A DNA stretch of 64,000 nucleotides from Raja brachyura (taxonomy: Eukaryota): the NCBI GenBank assembly GCA_963514005.1, contig OY740786.1:68014001-68078000 (forward strand). The letters run 5' to 3'. Positions 36,745-49,405 of this stretch are shown in pieces. Position numbers and translations under genes: made by a program. The notes below the pieces were generated by a model. That model was not told the origin of the DNA. It ran no database searches and saw only the letters and a program-made list of their open reading frames with translations. Within the stretch, counting starts at the first letter, position 1, and every line of letters starts with the position of its first letter.

Positions 36745-37982
36745 CATAGAAACATAGAAATTAGGTGCATGAGTAGGCCATTCAGCCCTTCGAGCCTGCA
36801 CCGCCATTCAATATGATCATGGCTGATCATCCAACTCAGTATCCCGTACCTGCCTTCTCTCCATACCCTCTGATCCCCTTAGCCACAAAGGCCACATCCA
36901 ACTCCCTCTTAAATATAGCCAATGAACTGGCCTCAACTACCCTCTGTGGCAGAGAGTTCCAGAGACCCACCACTCTCTGTGTGAAAAAAGTCCTTCTCAT
37001 CTCGGTCCTAAAGGATTTCCCCCTTATCCTTAAGCTGTGATCCCTTGTCCTGGACCTCCCCAACATCAGGAACATTCTTCCTGCATCTAGCCTGTCCAAC
37101 CCCTTAAGATTTTTGTAAGTTTCTATAAGATCCCCTCTCAATCTCCTAAATTCTAGAGAGTATAAACCGAGTCTATCCAGTCTTTCTTCATAAGACAGTC
37201 CTGACATCCCAGGAATCAGTCTGGTGAACCTTCTCTGCACTCCCTTTATGGCAATAATGTCCTTCCTCAGATTTGGAGACCAGAACTGTACACAATACTC
37301 CAGGTGTGGTCTCACCAAGACCCTATACAACTGAAGTAGAACCTCCCTGCTCCTATACTCAAATCCTTTTGCTATGAAAGCTAACATACCATTCGCTTTC
37401 TTCACTGCCTGCTGCACCTGCATGCCTACTTTCAATGAATGGTGTACCATGACACCTAGATCGCGCTGCATCTCTCCTTTTCCTAATCGGCCACCATTTA
37501 GATAATAGTCTGCTTTCCTAATTTTGCCACCAAATGTGGAAACCTCACATTTATCCACATTATACTGCATCTGCCAAACATTTGCCCACTCACCCAGCCT
37601 ATCCAAGTCACCTTGCAGTCTCCTAGCATCTTCCTCACAGCTAACACTGCCCCCCAGCTTAGTGTCATCCGCAAACTTGGAGATATTGCCTTCAATTCCC
37701 TCATCCAGATCATTAATGTATATTGTAAATAGCTGGGGTCCCAGCACTGAGCCTTGCGGTACCCCACTAGTCACTGCCTGCCATTGTGAAAAGGACCAGT
37801 TTACTTCCAGTTTGCTTCCTGTTTGCCAGCCAGTTCTCTATCCTTTTCAATACTGAACCCCCAATGCCGTATGCTTTAAATTTGTATACTAATCTCTTAT
37901 GTGGGACCTTGTCGAAAGCCTTCCGGAAGTCCAGATACACCACATCCACTGGTTCTCCCCTATCCACGCTATAGTTACATCC
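36745..37982 (-). mobile_element. CR1 LINE, 5'-truncated and young
   Basis: ORF 36836..37774 is an intact RT C-terminal half; (CATAGAAA)n tail. Confidence 0.95.
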
Positions 37983-38293
37983 TGTGATCTGTGTTTTGAT
38001 CATCCTGTACATTCGGCCGTCCATAGCGGCGACTATGGAGGGTTCATAGCCCCGACCACGGATGAACAAAGGGAGGAGGACTGGCTGAACTTTGTTGCCT
38101 TCCACCACAGTGAAGAATGCTGTGGTGGATGTTTAAGTTGAATTCTATTGTGTATTGTGTGTGTTTTTTTTAAGTGTATCGCTGCAAATTCATGGCACTA
38201 TGCCTTCGTTGGTGCATGTGACGAATACATTTGGCTTTAACTGTGTCTTTATGAAGAGCTAGTTGAAGTACAAAGTTTTTATTTGTTTTCTAG

Positions 38294-38366
38294 GACAGCC
38301 ATCTGTAATTGGCACATTCATCTCAATAGATTCATCAATAACCCAAAATACAAACCAGCCCCAGAG
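38294..38366 (+). CDS. NPAT: NPAT exon 16 (GQPSVIGTFISIDSSITQNTNQPQR)
   Basis: Acceptor ttctag, donor GTAATA; 73 nt. Phase 1 to 2 is exactly what is needed to join exons 15 and 17; the sequence itself is poorly conserved. Confidence 0.78.
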
Positions 38367-39659
38367 GTAATATATCAGACTTGATATAATTCCAGTTGAT
38401 ATGATGTTAATATTGTCATTTCTTTGAACAACTTTTGTTCTGTTTGGAGTTCATGGATTTGAGTAGTTCAAACTCTAGTCTTGTGAATGCTTTTTTTCCC
38501 TAAGTGTTATTTCTGTCACAATTGTCAAACCTGTGGCGGGAGATCAAAATCAAGTTATTACAGAACTGTGAATACTGCATTTTTCAACTAAGATACAGAA
38601 TTGATGTAAATTAGATAGTTTTACAGAGAAAGGAAGCAGCAAAAAAATGCTTGGGATTTTTTTTAAATTTACATCCTAAGAAGTAGAAATTCCTAGAAAT
38701 GCAGAATAGATTAATTACAGGTCCTGCCTGGGTTATGAATACCCTACCCATAAACACCCTGTAGATATGAACCTGTGTTTGGGTGTTCAGTGGGATGGAT
38801 GATGGATTTGCTGGCTGTATCTTCTACTAGGTGGGAAGTGGGGCATTTTAGCATGCCTTTTCTCCTCTCCCTTCCCCCTCCAACAAGAGAAGCTCGGGGA
38901 GAGCAAGAGATGAGTAGATATTTTACCCCTGATTTCTCTTGATTGTTTTTCAGGAATGTTAAGGCACCTAACATAAAAATTCCTTGGATATTTACATATT
39001 TCATAATCAAAACAGAAACAAAAGAGCATTAGTGAAAAGCATCAGGAGTAAATTGGGGGGGTGAGAGAAGGAGGGGAAAAGATTAAGCATGACATAGCAA
39101 ATGCACTCCAGCATTTGGTGGTTATAGCGTGGAAACAAGCCCTTCGGACCACCATGTCCGGCCATCAGTCACCGTACACCAGTTCTATGTTATCCCACTT
39201 TTGCTGCCTGCATATTAGGCAATTTACAGAAGCAAATTAACCTACAAACCGACACGTCTTTAGAAAGTTGGAGGAAAACAGAGCATAAAGAGAAATCCCA
39301 CGCGGTCATGAGGGAATAACTCTGCGCAAAAGACACCCATCGTCAGGATCAAACCTGGGTATCAGGCGCAGTGAAGCAGCAGCTCTATCGCTGTGCCGTT
39401 GGAAAGTACTGGAATAGTTTCAAATCTGCAAGACAGAGCCACTGCTGCTAGCCAATGGAAAACTGAGTGGGTTTAACAAAAACAGAAAACAGTTGGTGGA
39501 TAACACAGAGGCCTTTACAATTGTCATTGTATATTCTGTACTAGAATGGTAAACAAGATGAATTGTAATACATATGCTCAAAAAATTATTCCAGCCAAAT
39601 TACATTTTTACTTTCACTGCGCATTAGAGACCTATTTTCTGAGCAGAAGATATACATAA

Positions 39660-41196
39660 AAATGGAAAGGATACTTGGAGATAATATATATAAGCATCTG
39701 GATAAACAGGGTCTGATCAGGAACAGTCAACATGGATTTGTGCCTGGAAGGTCATGTTTGACAAACCTTCTTGAATTTTTTAAAGAGTTTACTAGGGAAA
39801 TTGATGAGGGTAAAGCAGTGGATGGTGTCTATATGGATTTCAGTAAGGCCTTTGACAAGGTTCCCCATGGAAGGTTGGTTAAGAAGGTTCAATCTTTGGG
39901 TGTTAATGGCGGAGTAGCAAGATGGATTCAACAGTGGCTGAATGGGAGATGTCAGAGAGTAATGGTGGATGGCTGTTTGTCAGGTTGGAAGCCGGTGACC
40001 AGTGGGGTGCCTCAGGGATCTGTGTTGGGTCCACTGTTGTTTGTCATGTACATCAATGATCTGGATGATGGGGTGGAAAATTGGATAAGTAAGTATGCAG
40101 ATGATACTAAGATAGGTGGTGTTGTGGATAATGAAGTAGATTTTCAAAGTCCACGGAGAGATTTGGGCCATTTGGAAAAGTGGGCTGAAAGATGGCAGAT
40201 GGAGTTTAATGCTGATAAGTGTGAAGTGCTACATCTTGGCAGGACAAATCAAAATAGGCCGTACATGGTAAATGGTAGGGAATTAAGGAATGCTGTGGAA
40301 CAGAGGGATCTAGGAATAACTCCATCTGCCATCTTTCAGCCCACTTTTCCAAATGGCCCAAATCTCTCCATAGACTTTGAAAATCTACTTCATTATCCAT
40401 AACACCACCTATCTTAGTATCATCTGCAAACTTACTTATCCAATTTTCCACCCCATCATCCAGATCATTGATGTACATGACAAACAACAGTGGATCTAGG
40501 AATAACTGTGCATAGTTCCCTGAAGGTGGAATCGCATGTAGATAGGGTGGTAAAGAAAGCTTTTGGTGTGCTGGCCTTTATAAATCAGAGCACTGAATAT
40601 TGGAGTAATGAAGTAATGTTAAAATTGTACAAGGCATTGGTAAGACCAATTCTGGAGTATGGTGTACAATTTTGGTCGCCTAATTATAGGAAGGATGTCA
40701 ACAAAATAGAGAGACTACAGAGGAGATTTACTAGAATGTTGCCTGGGTTCCAGCAACTAAGTTACAGAGAAAGGTTGAACAAGTTAGGTCTTTATTCTTT
40801 GGAGCGCAGAAGGTTAAGGGGGGACTTGATTGAGGTCTTTAAAATGATGAAAGGGATAGGCAGAGTTGACGTAAGCTTTTCCCATTGAGGTTAGGGAAGA
40901 TTCAAACAAGAGGGCATGACATGAGAATTAAGGGACAGAAGTTTAGGGGGTAACATGAGGGGGGACTTTACTCAGAGTGGTGGCTGTGTGGAATGAGCTT
41001 CCAGCAGAAGTGGTGGAGGCAGGATCGATTTTAACATTTAAAAGTAAAGTGGATAGGAATATGGACCGGAAGGGAATGGAGGGGTATTGTCTGAGTGCAG
41101 GTAGATGGGACTAGGGGAAAATAAATGGTCGGCACGGACTGGAAGGGCCGAGAGGGCCTGTTTCCGTGCTGTAATTGTTATATGGTTGTATGGTTA
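39660..41196 (+). mobile_element. CR1 LINE with an internal inverted duplication
   Basis: ORFs 39662..40402 and 40490..40888; (ATATGGTT)-like tail at about 41180-41196. Confidence 0.93.
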
Positions 41197-41617
41197 AAAA
41201 GATAGAATAACTCATCGGGACAGGCAGTATCTCGGGAGAGAAGGAACGGGTGGCTTTTCGGGTCGAGACCCTTCTTGTGCCTATTTAAACCAGCATCTGC
41301 AGTTCTTTCTTACACATATTCTGAGTAGGATGAATGAGGTTTCCGTTCCCATTAAATATAACTACTACATATTGTGCATGTTGCAAATGTCAGCCAGCAC
41401 CTTAGCAAAATACACATTTCATATTTGCCTTTTTGATCCATGTTTGAAAAAGTGATGTTCACAAATTATGACTAGTGCCTCAAATCTGCCCTGCATCATC
41501 CTAGAAATTTGCAAATGGAAAATAAATGTGAAGTAGACAATGATTTCTGCTCTCTGTGAAGTTTGGTCTCCAATAAAACTTCCATTTGTATAATATGAAT
41601 TTTGCATTATTTTCTAG

Positions 41618-42740
41618 GAGTGAAAACTCAGATTTACGTCCTGCAGACCAAGCAGGAAAATCAAAAGAGCGACCAGTGGAGATATCCAGTGCATCAAGCT
41701 CAACATTGAAAACACAGCACCATAGACGTGTGCTCTGCTTTGATCACACATCTTCCACAGAATCAGGTCAACCAACCATCGAATCCAATGCTAGTCAAGA
41801 AAAGGAGGAAAATTGTGCAGATAATAAAAGTCAACCGGACAGACTATTTGTTTTCCAAAACAAGGAGCGATCTGAAAGGACAGATGCAGGAATTAATAAA
41901 GGGAGAGAAATACAGAGCAAGTCCGAGAAAAATAAAAATTCATCTTCAGGACCACCTCATGATTCATTCCACAAAGCAACAGCAAATAAGGAAAACGAAG
42001 CAATCAGGGACCAGGTTAGACAAAGAAGTAGAGAAACTTCAGATCCTTCAAATGCACAGATGCAAAAAAAAGGCAATCAAAGTGACCGACCTAATTCTCA
42101 GACAGATGTGCCGAAGGATGGCGTAAGCAAAATTCCCGAGTCTCATCAAGAAAGCAAAAAGGTAAACACTGCTCTTGTGGTCTCCACAGATATTGCTTCT
42201 AAAAGGAATGCAGATAAAAGTGATAGTTTTAGTCTGACGAGCACATTGACCAAACAGGCGGCCGAAATGCTCCAAGACATGCAGAGGCAAAGCCCTGTCC
42301 CAAAACAAACTAGCAATGGCGACTTGTGTGCGCCCAGGACACCAGGCTCTGCTTTACATGAAAGTCCAGATGATTGTTTGGATGTTCAACAGACTCCACT
42401 AAATAAAGGGCATGGAGATGAAAGGGCATCGCCGAGAGTAATGATACCTCCTACAACCCCAGACATACCAACGTGTAGCCCGGCAAGCGAAGCAGGAAGT
42501 GAAAACAGTGTTAGTATGGCTGCACACACACTCATGATTCTCTCAAGGGCAGCGATTGCAAGGACTGCTGGTACCACACCTCTGAAAGATAATACACGTC
42601 AAATCAAATCACCACTTAGCCAGACAAAGAAAAGAAAGCTGGACGAACAGGAGGAAGAATATAAACAGCAATCTTTATCCAGCAAGACAGACCTTCAAAA
42701 TTCCAATTCTCCTGGAAGGAAGAAAAGGTCAAAGTCACAT
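41618..42740 (+). CDS. NPAT: NPAT exon 17 (C-terminal conserved region)
   Basis: Lies within ORF 41586..42833; acceptor ttctag, donor GTAAGT; 1123 nt; HRRVLCFD, ANKENE, LTKQAAEMLQD, PRTPG and SPASEAGSENSVSMAAHTLMILSRAAI. Confidence 0.95.
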
Positions 42741-43484
42741 GTAAGTTTTGTAATTCAGCAGCTTGGTAACAGTAAAGCATATTCTATCAATCAATACATA
42801 CAACAACATTGTAGCAGTGTAACATTGAATTAAATCCAGAAAAGTTATGTAATGTTTTTAGTGAAGGTAAAAAAATTGCAGAATCATGGTAGGATACTAA
42901 GAATTGTAGAGGAAGAGAGGCAATGCATGACCATAGATCCCTGAAGATAGCAGGACAGGTCGACAAGGTTGCTAAGAAGACAAGATGATTACTTATTTCA
43001 GCTGAGACAACAAATCAAGAACAGGTAAGTATGAAATATAGATTGTTTGGCACTGAAACAGTGCACTTTGCCTATGCTAGTGGGAAATGCAGCTCGTTTT
43101 AATGGACCCCTTTATAACTGATTTTGGATATAGCAGATTGACCTGCCGACCCACTCCTGGCTCGCACCATCTCCCCGGCTGTTTGGAGCCCCTGCTTCCG
43201 ACATAATCCCCGACTTAGCATGGTGCACCGGCGAGCTGTGGTGACATGGCTATTGTGGTGGCCCACGCTGTAGCCTCTGAGGACAGTGTTTTCTCAGGGC
43301 CGCCGCCACCAACAGGAAGTGCTTGGTCACCGTGGGGCTCCCTCTTCTCACCTGCAGCTTTCTGTCAGCGGTGGCTCTTTTGCCGCCGCCTCCTCCAATC
43401 GCTCTGTCCACTTGGTCTCTCCCAATCACAATCCCTTGAACCAATGAAGAAGGGCTTGCTGGTGCCAGCAGCATCAGCGCCTAG

Positions 43485-46400
43485 TGAAATCCAAGTGGTG
43501 TTGGGTAAATTGAATGGATTAAAGGCCGATAAATCCCCAGGGCCAGATAGTCTGCATCCCAGAGTACTTAAGGAAGTAGCCCCAGAAATAGTGGATGCAT
43601 TAGTGATAATTTTTCAAAACTCTTTAGATTCTGGAATAGTTCCTGAGAATTGGAGGGTAGCTAATGTAACCCCACTTTTTAAAAGGGGAGAGAGAGAGAA
43701 AACGGAATTACAGACCAGTTAGTCTAACATCGGTAGTGGGGAAAATGCTAGTCAGTTATTGAAGATGGGATAGCAGCACATTTGGAAAGTGGTGAAATCA
43801 TTGGACAAAGTCAGCATGGATTTATGAAAGGTAAATCATGTCTGACGAATCTTATAGAATTTTTCGAGGATGTAACTAGTAAAGTGGATAAGGGAGAACC
43901 AGTGGATGTGTTATATCTGGACTTGCAGAAGGCTTTCGACAAGGTCCCACATTAGAGATTAGTATGCAAACTTAAAGCACACGGCATTGGGGGTTCAGTA
44001 TTGATGTGGATAGAGAACTGGCTGGCAGACAGTAAGCAAAGAGTAGGAGTAAATGGGTCAGTTTCAGAATGGCAGGCAGTGACTAGTGGGGTACCGCAAG
44101 GCTCAGTGCTGGGACCCCAGCTATTTACAATATATTATTAATGATCTGGACGAGGGAATTGAATGCAACATCTCCAAGTTTGCGGATGACACGAAGTTGG
44201 GGTGCAGTGTTAGCTGTGAGGAGGATGCTAGGAGAATGTAAGGTGACATGGATAGGTTGGGTGAGTGGGCAGATGCAGTATAATGTGAGGCTATTTACTT
44301 TGGTGGCAAAAACAGGAAAGTATTATCTGAATGGTGGCCGATTAGGAAAAGGGGAGTTTTCCTAATCGAGACCTGGGTGTCATGGTACACCAGTCATTGA
44401 AAATAGGCAGGGTTACACAAAAAGCTGGAGAAACTCAGCGGGTGCAGCAGCATCTAAGGAGCGAAGGAGATAGGCGACGTTTCGGGTCGAGACCCTTCTT
44501 CAGACTGGTCAGGGATCAGGGAAACGAGAGATATAAACAGTGATGTGGAGAGATAAGGAACAATGAGTGAAAGATATGCAAAAAAGTATTGGTGATAAAG
44601 GAAGCAGGCCATTGTAAGCTGTTTGTGGTGTGAAAATGAGAAGCTAGTGGGGGGGGGGGGGGGGGGAGAGGAGATGGAGAAGGAATGTCAGGGCCAGAGG
44701 GCTGAGGGAGAGGTTGGGGGGGAGGCAGTCTGGGTTAACAGAATTGAGAAAATTCAATGTTTAAGCCCAGAGGATGCAGACTCCCCAAGCGGAATATGAG
44801 GTGCTGTTCCTCCAACTTGCGGTGTTGATCACTCTGGCCGTGGAGGAGGCCCAGGACCGAGAGGTCGGATACGGAGGGGGAGTTGAAGTGCTGAGCCACC
44901 GGGAGGTCGGGTTGGTTATTGCGGACCGAGCGGAGGTGTTCGGCGAAACGATCGCCCAGCCTGCGCTTGGTCTCACCGATGTAGATCAGCTGGCATCTGG
45001 AGCAACGGATGCAGTAGATGAGGTTGGAGGAGGTGCAGGTGAACCTCTGTCGGACTTGGAATGACTGCTTGGGTCCCTGAAAGGATTGGATGGGGGAGGT
45101 GAAGGGACAAGTGTGGCATCTCTTGCGGTTGCAAGGGAAAGTGCCCGGGGAAGGAGTGGAGCGGGAGGGAAGGGAAGAATTGACGAGGGAGTTGCGGAGG
45201 GAGCGGTCTTTGCGGAAGGCAGACGGGTGGAGATGGGAAGATGTGGCGAGTGGAGGGGTCACGTTGGAGGTGACGAAACTGGCGGAGGACTATCTGTTGT
45301 ATGCGCTGGCTGGTGGGGTGAAAGGTGAGGACCAGGGGGACTCGGCCCTTGTTGTGAGTGGGGGAATGGGGAGAGAGGGCAGTGTTGCGGGGTATGGAGG
45401 AGACCCTGGTGCGAGCCTCATCTATAGTGGGGGAGGGGAAACTCCGTTCTCTGAAGAACGAGGACATTTGCGATGACCTGCTGTGGAACACGTCATCCTG
45501 GGAGCAGATGCGGCGTAGACGGAGGAATTGGGAATAGGGGATGGAGTCCTTACAGGAAGCAGGGTGGGAGGAAGAGTAGTCCAGGTAGCTGTGGGAGTCA
45601 GTTGGTTTGTAGTGGATGTCAGTCAGGAGTGTATCACCTGCAATAGAGATGGTGAGGTCAAGGAATGGTAGGGAAATGTCGGAAATGGTCCAAGTATATT
45701 TGAGTGCCGGATGGAAGTTGGTTGTGAAATGGATGAAGTCAGTCAGTTCTGCGTGGGTGCAGGAGGTGACACCAAAGCAGTCGTCAATGTAACGGAGGTA
45801 AAGATCGGGGATGGGGCCCTGGTACGCCGAGAACAAAGATTGTTCGACGTGCCCGACAAAGAGGCAGGCGTAGCTAGGGCCCATGCCTGTGCCCATAGCT
45901 ACGCCTTGTGTTTGGAGGAAATGGGAGGAGTCAAAAGAGGGTTACACAAAAAACTGGAGAAACTCAGCGGGTGCAGCAGCATCTAAGGAGCGAAGGAGAT
46001 AGGCGACGTTTCGGGTCGAGACCCTTCTTCAGACTGTTTGAAGAAGGGTCTCGACCCGAAACGTCGCCTATCTCCTTCGCTCCTTAGATGCTGCTGCACC
46101 CGCTGAGTTTCTCCAGCTTTTTGTGTAACCCTCGATTCTCCAGCATCTGCAGTTCCTTCTTTAACAAGGAGTCAAAAGAGAACAGGCAGTGAAGAAAGCA
46201 AATGGTATGTTAGCATTCATAGCAAAAGGATTTGAGTATAGGAGCAGGGAGGTTCTACTGCAGTTGTACAGGGTCTTGGTGAGACCACACCTGGAGTATT
46301 GCATACAGTTTTGGCCTTCTAATCTGAGGAAAGACATTCTTGCCATAGAGGGAGTACAGAGAAGGTTCACCAGACTGATTCCTGGGATGTCAGGACTTTC

Positions 46401-46825
46401 ATATGAAGAAAGACTGGATAGACTTGGCTTGTACTGGCTAGAATTTAGAAGATTGAGGGGGGATCTTATGGAAACTTACACAATTCTTAAGGGGTTGGAC
46501 AGGCTAGATGAAGGAAGATTGTTCCCGATGTTGGGGAAGTCCAGAACAAGGGGTCACAGGTTAAGGATAAAGGGGAAGTCTTTTAGGACCGAGATGAGAA
46601 AAACATTTTTCACACAGAGGGTGAATCTGTGGAATTCTCTGCCACAGAAGGTAGTTGAGGCCAGTTCATTTGCTATATTTAAGAGGGAGTTAGATGTGGC
46701 CCTTGTGGCTAAAGGGATCAGGGGGTATGGAGAGTTCAGGATACTGAGTTGGATGATCATATTGAATGGCGGTACAGGCTCGAAGGGCTGAATGGCCTAC
46801 TCCTGCACCTATTTTCTATGTTTCT
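43485..46825 (+). mobile_element. CR1 LINE interrupted by a Penelope-like element
   Basis: DKSPGPDSLHPRVLKE through HQSLK at 43485-44409; resumes at about 46183 (KKANGMLAFI) and runs to the TTCTATGT tail. Confidence 0.93.
44410..46182 (-). mobile_element. Penelope-like retroelement (RT plus GIY-YIG endonuclease) with pseudo-LTR repeats
   Basis: ORF 44973..45896 (MGTGMGPSYACLF, YLRYIDDCF, FLDLTI) and ORF 44735..45262 (SSNLIYCIRC..YIGETKR.L..RF.EH, GLN) are joined by one frameshift. Near-identical terminal repeats at 44410-44507 and 45939-46036, plus an inverted copy. Confidence 0.94.
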
Positions 46826-47004
46826 AGTTTTAAGGAAAAATGACACACGGTGCAAGAGTAACTGAATCAGTCTAAAAAAGGGTACCGACGTCCCCTATCC
46901 TTGTTCTTCAGCGATGCAACGCTGAGTTACTCCAGCACGTTGTCTCTTGCGTATTAACCATCATCTGCAGTTCTTTGTTTCAACTACATACATTAACAAT
47001 ACCT

Positions 47005-47083
47005 TACTCTGTTATAACGGATAATCAGCAATAACGAATACCATTCCCCCTCTCTCATGGTCTGTTATAAAGAGGGTTTACTG
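47005..47083. mobile_element. Right end of a Tigger/pogo-like element
   Basis: GTTATAAAGAGGGTTTACTG|TA terminus with repeated GTTATAAC motifs; possible degenerate left end near 43090-43135. Confidence 0.5.
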
Positions 47084-47559
47084 TATTCGGCTTGTTCCCT
47101 TCACTGCATAAGTCGAGCTTTGTGACTTGTAGGTTTCATTCAGGAACTTTTCAAATGAGGATTCTGCCTTATCTTTCCCTTGGATAATTCTAGCTATCTA
47201 ACCAAAGGAAAGATGTAGTAACACTGCATTTAAAAGAAAATTGTAGATGTGAGTGGAGGGCGATTTGCTTTTCTTTACCAGAGAAGGCTTGGGTGAAATT
47301 TAATTGAAATCTTCAGTATAATAAGATCTTTCACTTTGTTCGATCCTCTGTATCCTTTGGGCAAGAGGCAGATAACTAACAGATTCAGATTTAATTGGTA
47401 GAAGATTTAAACCACCAATTAATAACTTATTTTCATCCAAAACGTAATTGGGTAAAGGGATATTTTGAACTTGCTGCCTGAAGTGGTAGTAGCTGTTATC
47501 AAGAAGTGCTTGAAAAGCTGTAATCTGGAGCTTTGACTTGAGAGGGTGGACATTCATTA

Positions 47560-48210
47560 GCATAGAACAGTACAGCACAAGAATAGGCCCTTCGGTCCAC
47601 AATGTCTGCCGAACATGATGCCAAGACCAACTCTTATTTGCCTGCATATCCAAAGTCTCTTATGCCGTTATCGTATCTATCTACACCACCACCCCAACAG
47701 CACGTTCCAGGCACTCGTCACCCTCAGTAAGAAATACGAGCCCAGCACATCATCTTTTAAATTTTGCCCCTCTCACCTTACATCTATGGCCTCTAGTATT
47801 TAATATTTCCATACTGTGGAAAAAGGTTCTGACTGTCTTTCCTATAAATGCCTCTTAATTTAATATACTACTAACTGGTGTTCCAGGGAAAATAATCCAA
47901 GTCTGTTCAACATCTCTCTGGAGCTAATGCTCCCTGTTCCAGGCATTATTCTGGTAAACCTCTGTAACCTTTTCAAAGCCTCCACCTCTTTCCTGTAATG
48001 GGGCAACCAGAACAGTGCATAGTACTCCAAATGTGACCTAACCAGAGTCCTATAAAGCTGCATCATGTTTCCATGACTTTATACTCAATCCCAACTAATA
48101 AAGGCAAGCATACCAAATGCCTTCTTTACCTCTTTTAACTGCGTATGTTGCTACTTTCAGGGGACCCTCTGTACATTAATGTTGTTATGGGTCTTGCTAT
48201 TAATTGCATA
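47560..48210 (-). mobile_element. Old CR1 LINE 3' fragment
   Basis: ORF 47860..48066 (LYRTLVRSHLEYYALFWLPHYRK). Confidence 0.85.
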
Positions 48211-48654
48211 TTTTCCCCTTGCATTAACCAAAGTAATCCAGGACTGAATGGCCTCTTTCTCTGGTAAAGTAAAATGCATATGAACAACAGGTCGTTTGGA
48301 AGGGCACGGGAGGATTTCAGTGGTGAAGATTACTGAGTGACAGCACGTGATCATAGAGGGATTTCAAAATGACAAAGGCACAAACATAATGAGAAAATCA
48401 ATGACAAAGTCAAGTTTTGGCAAAGGACACCAAAGAGAGCAGGGTATGATAAATGAAAGGATTCAGCCATTTGTAGCTGAATGTACAAAGGTGATCGTGA
48501 AGAGTTGGCTTCCCAGGACGTACCGACTCTACCAGGTTGAAACATTTTTGCAACCAGCTCAATTTCATACAGGAAATGGTGGAATAAAGTTAATGGATAT
48601 GCAGTATTTGTTTTATTCAGCGTGAATATATGGTTCTCTCTGGGGCTACAATGA

Positions 48655-49270
48655 CTAAGGCAGATGCAATGCTAGCATTTATTTCAAGAGGACTGGAATA
48701 CAAAAACAGGGATGTAATGCAGAGGCTTTATACGGTAATGACCAAACTATATTTGGAGGATTGTGAGCAGTTTTGGGCCCCATATGAGGAAAGGTGTACT
48801 GGCATTGAAGATAGTCCAGAGGAGGTTTATGAGAATGATCCCAGGAATGATTGGGTTAACATATGATGAGTATTTGACGGCACAAGGCCAGTACTTGCTG
48901 GAGTTTAGAAGGATGAGGGGAGACCTTGTTGAAACTTACCAAATAGTGAAAAGCTCAGAGAGAGTGAATGTGGAGAGAATGTCTCCACTAATGGGAGAGT
49001 CTAGGACCAGAGGCCATTGCCTCAGAATAAAAGGATGTACCTTTAGAAAGGAGATGAGAAGGAATTTAGTTAGTCAGAGAGTGGTGAATCTGTGAAATTC
49101 AGTGGAAAAAATTATATATTTAAGGCAGAGATTGACAGATTCTTGATTAGTGAGGGTTTCGGGGTAAAGGCAGGAGAATGGGTTTGAGAAGGAAAGATAG
49201 ATCAGCTATGATTGAATGGCAGAGTAGACTGTATGGGCCAAATGGCCTAATTCCACTCATAGAGCTTATG
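48655..49270 (+). mobile_element. CR1 LINE 3' fragment
   Basis: ORFs 48630..48866 and 48763..49095 (EFRRMRGDL, SRTRGH, SQRVVNL). Confidence 0.88.
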
Positions 49271-49405
49271 AACCATTTCGCAAGGTACATTTAAAGATCC
49301 TAGATCAATTATTTTACTTGATTTCTTGCAGTCATTAACTTCAGAATTATATATTACCTGAAAGAAATGAAAAAAAATCTTTAAAATGTAATGTTTTCTT
49401 TTCAG

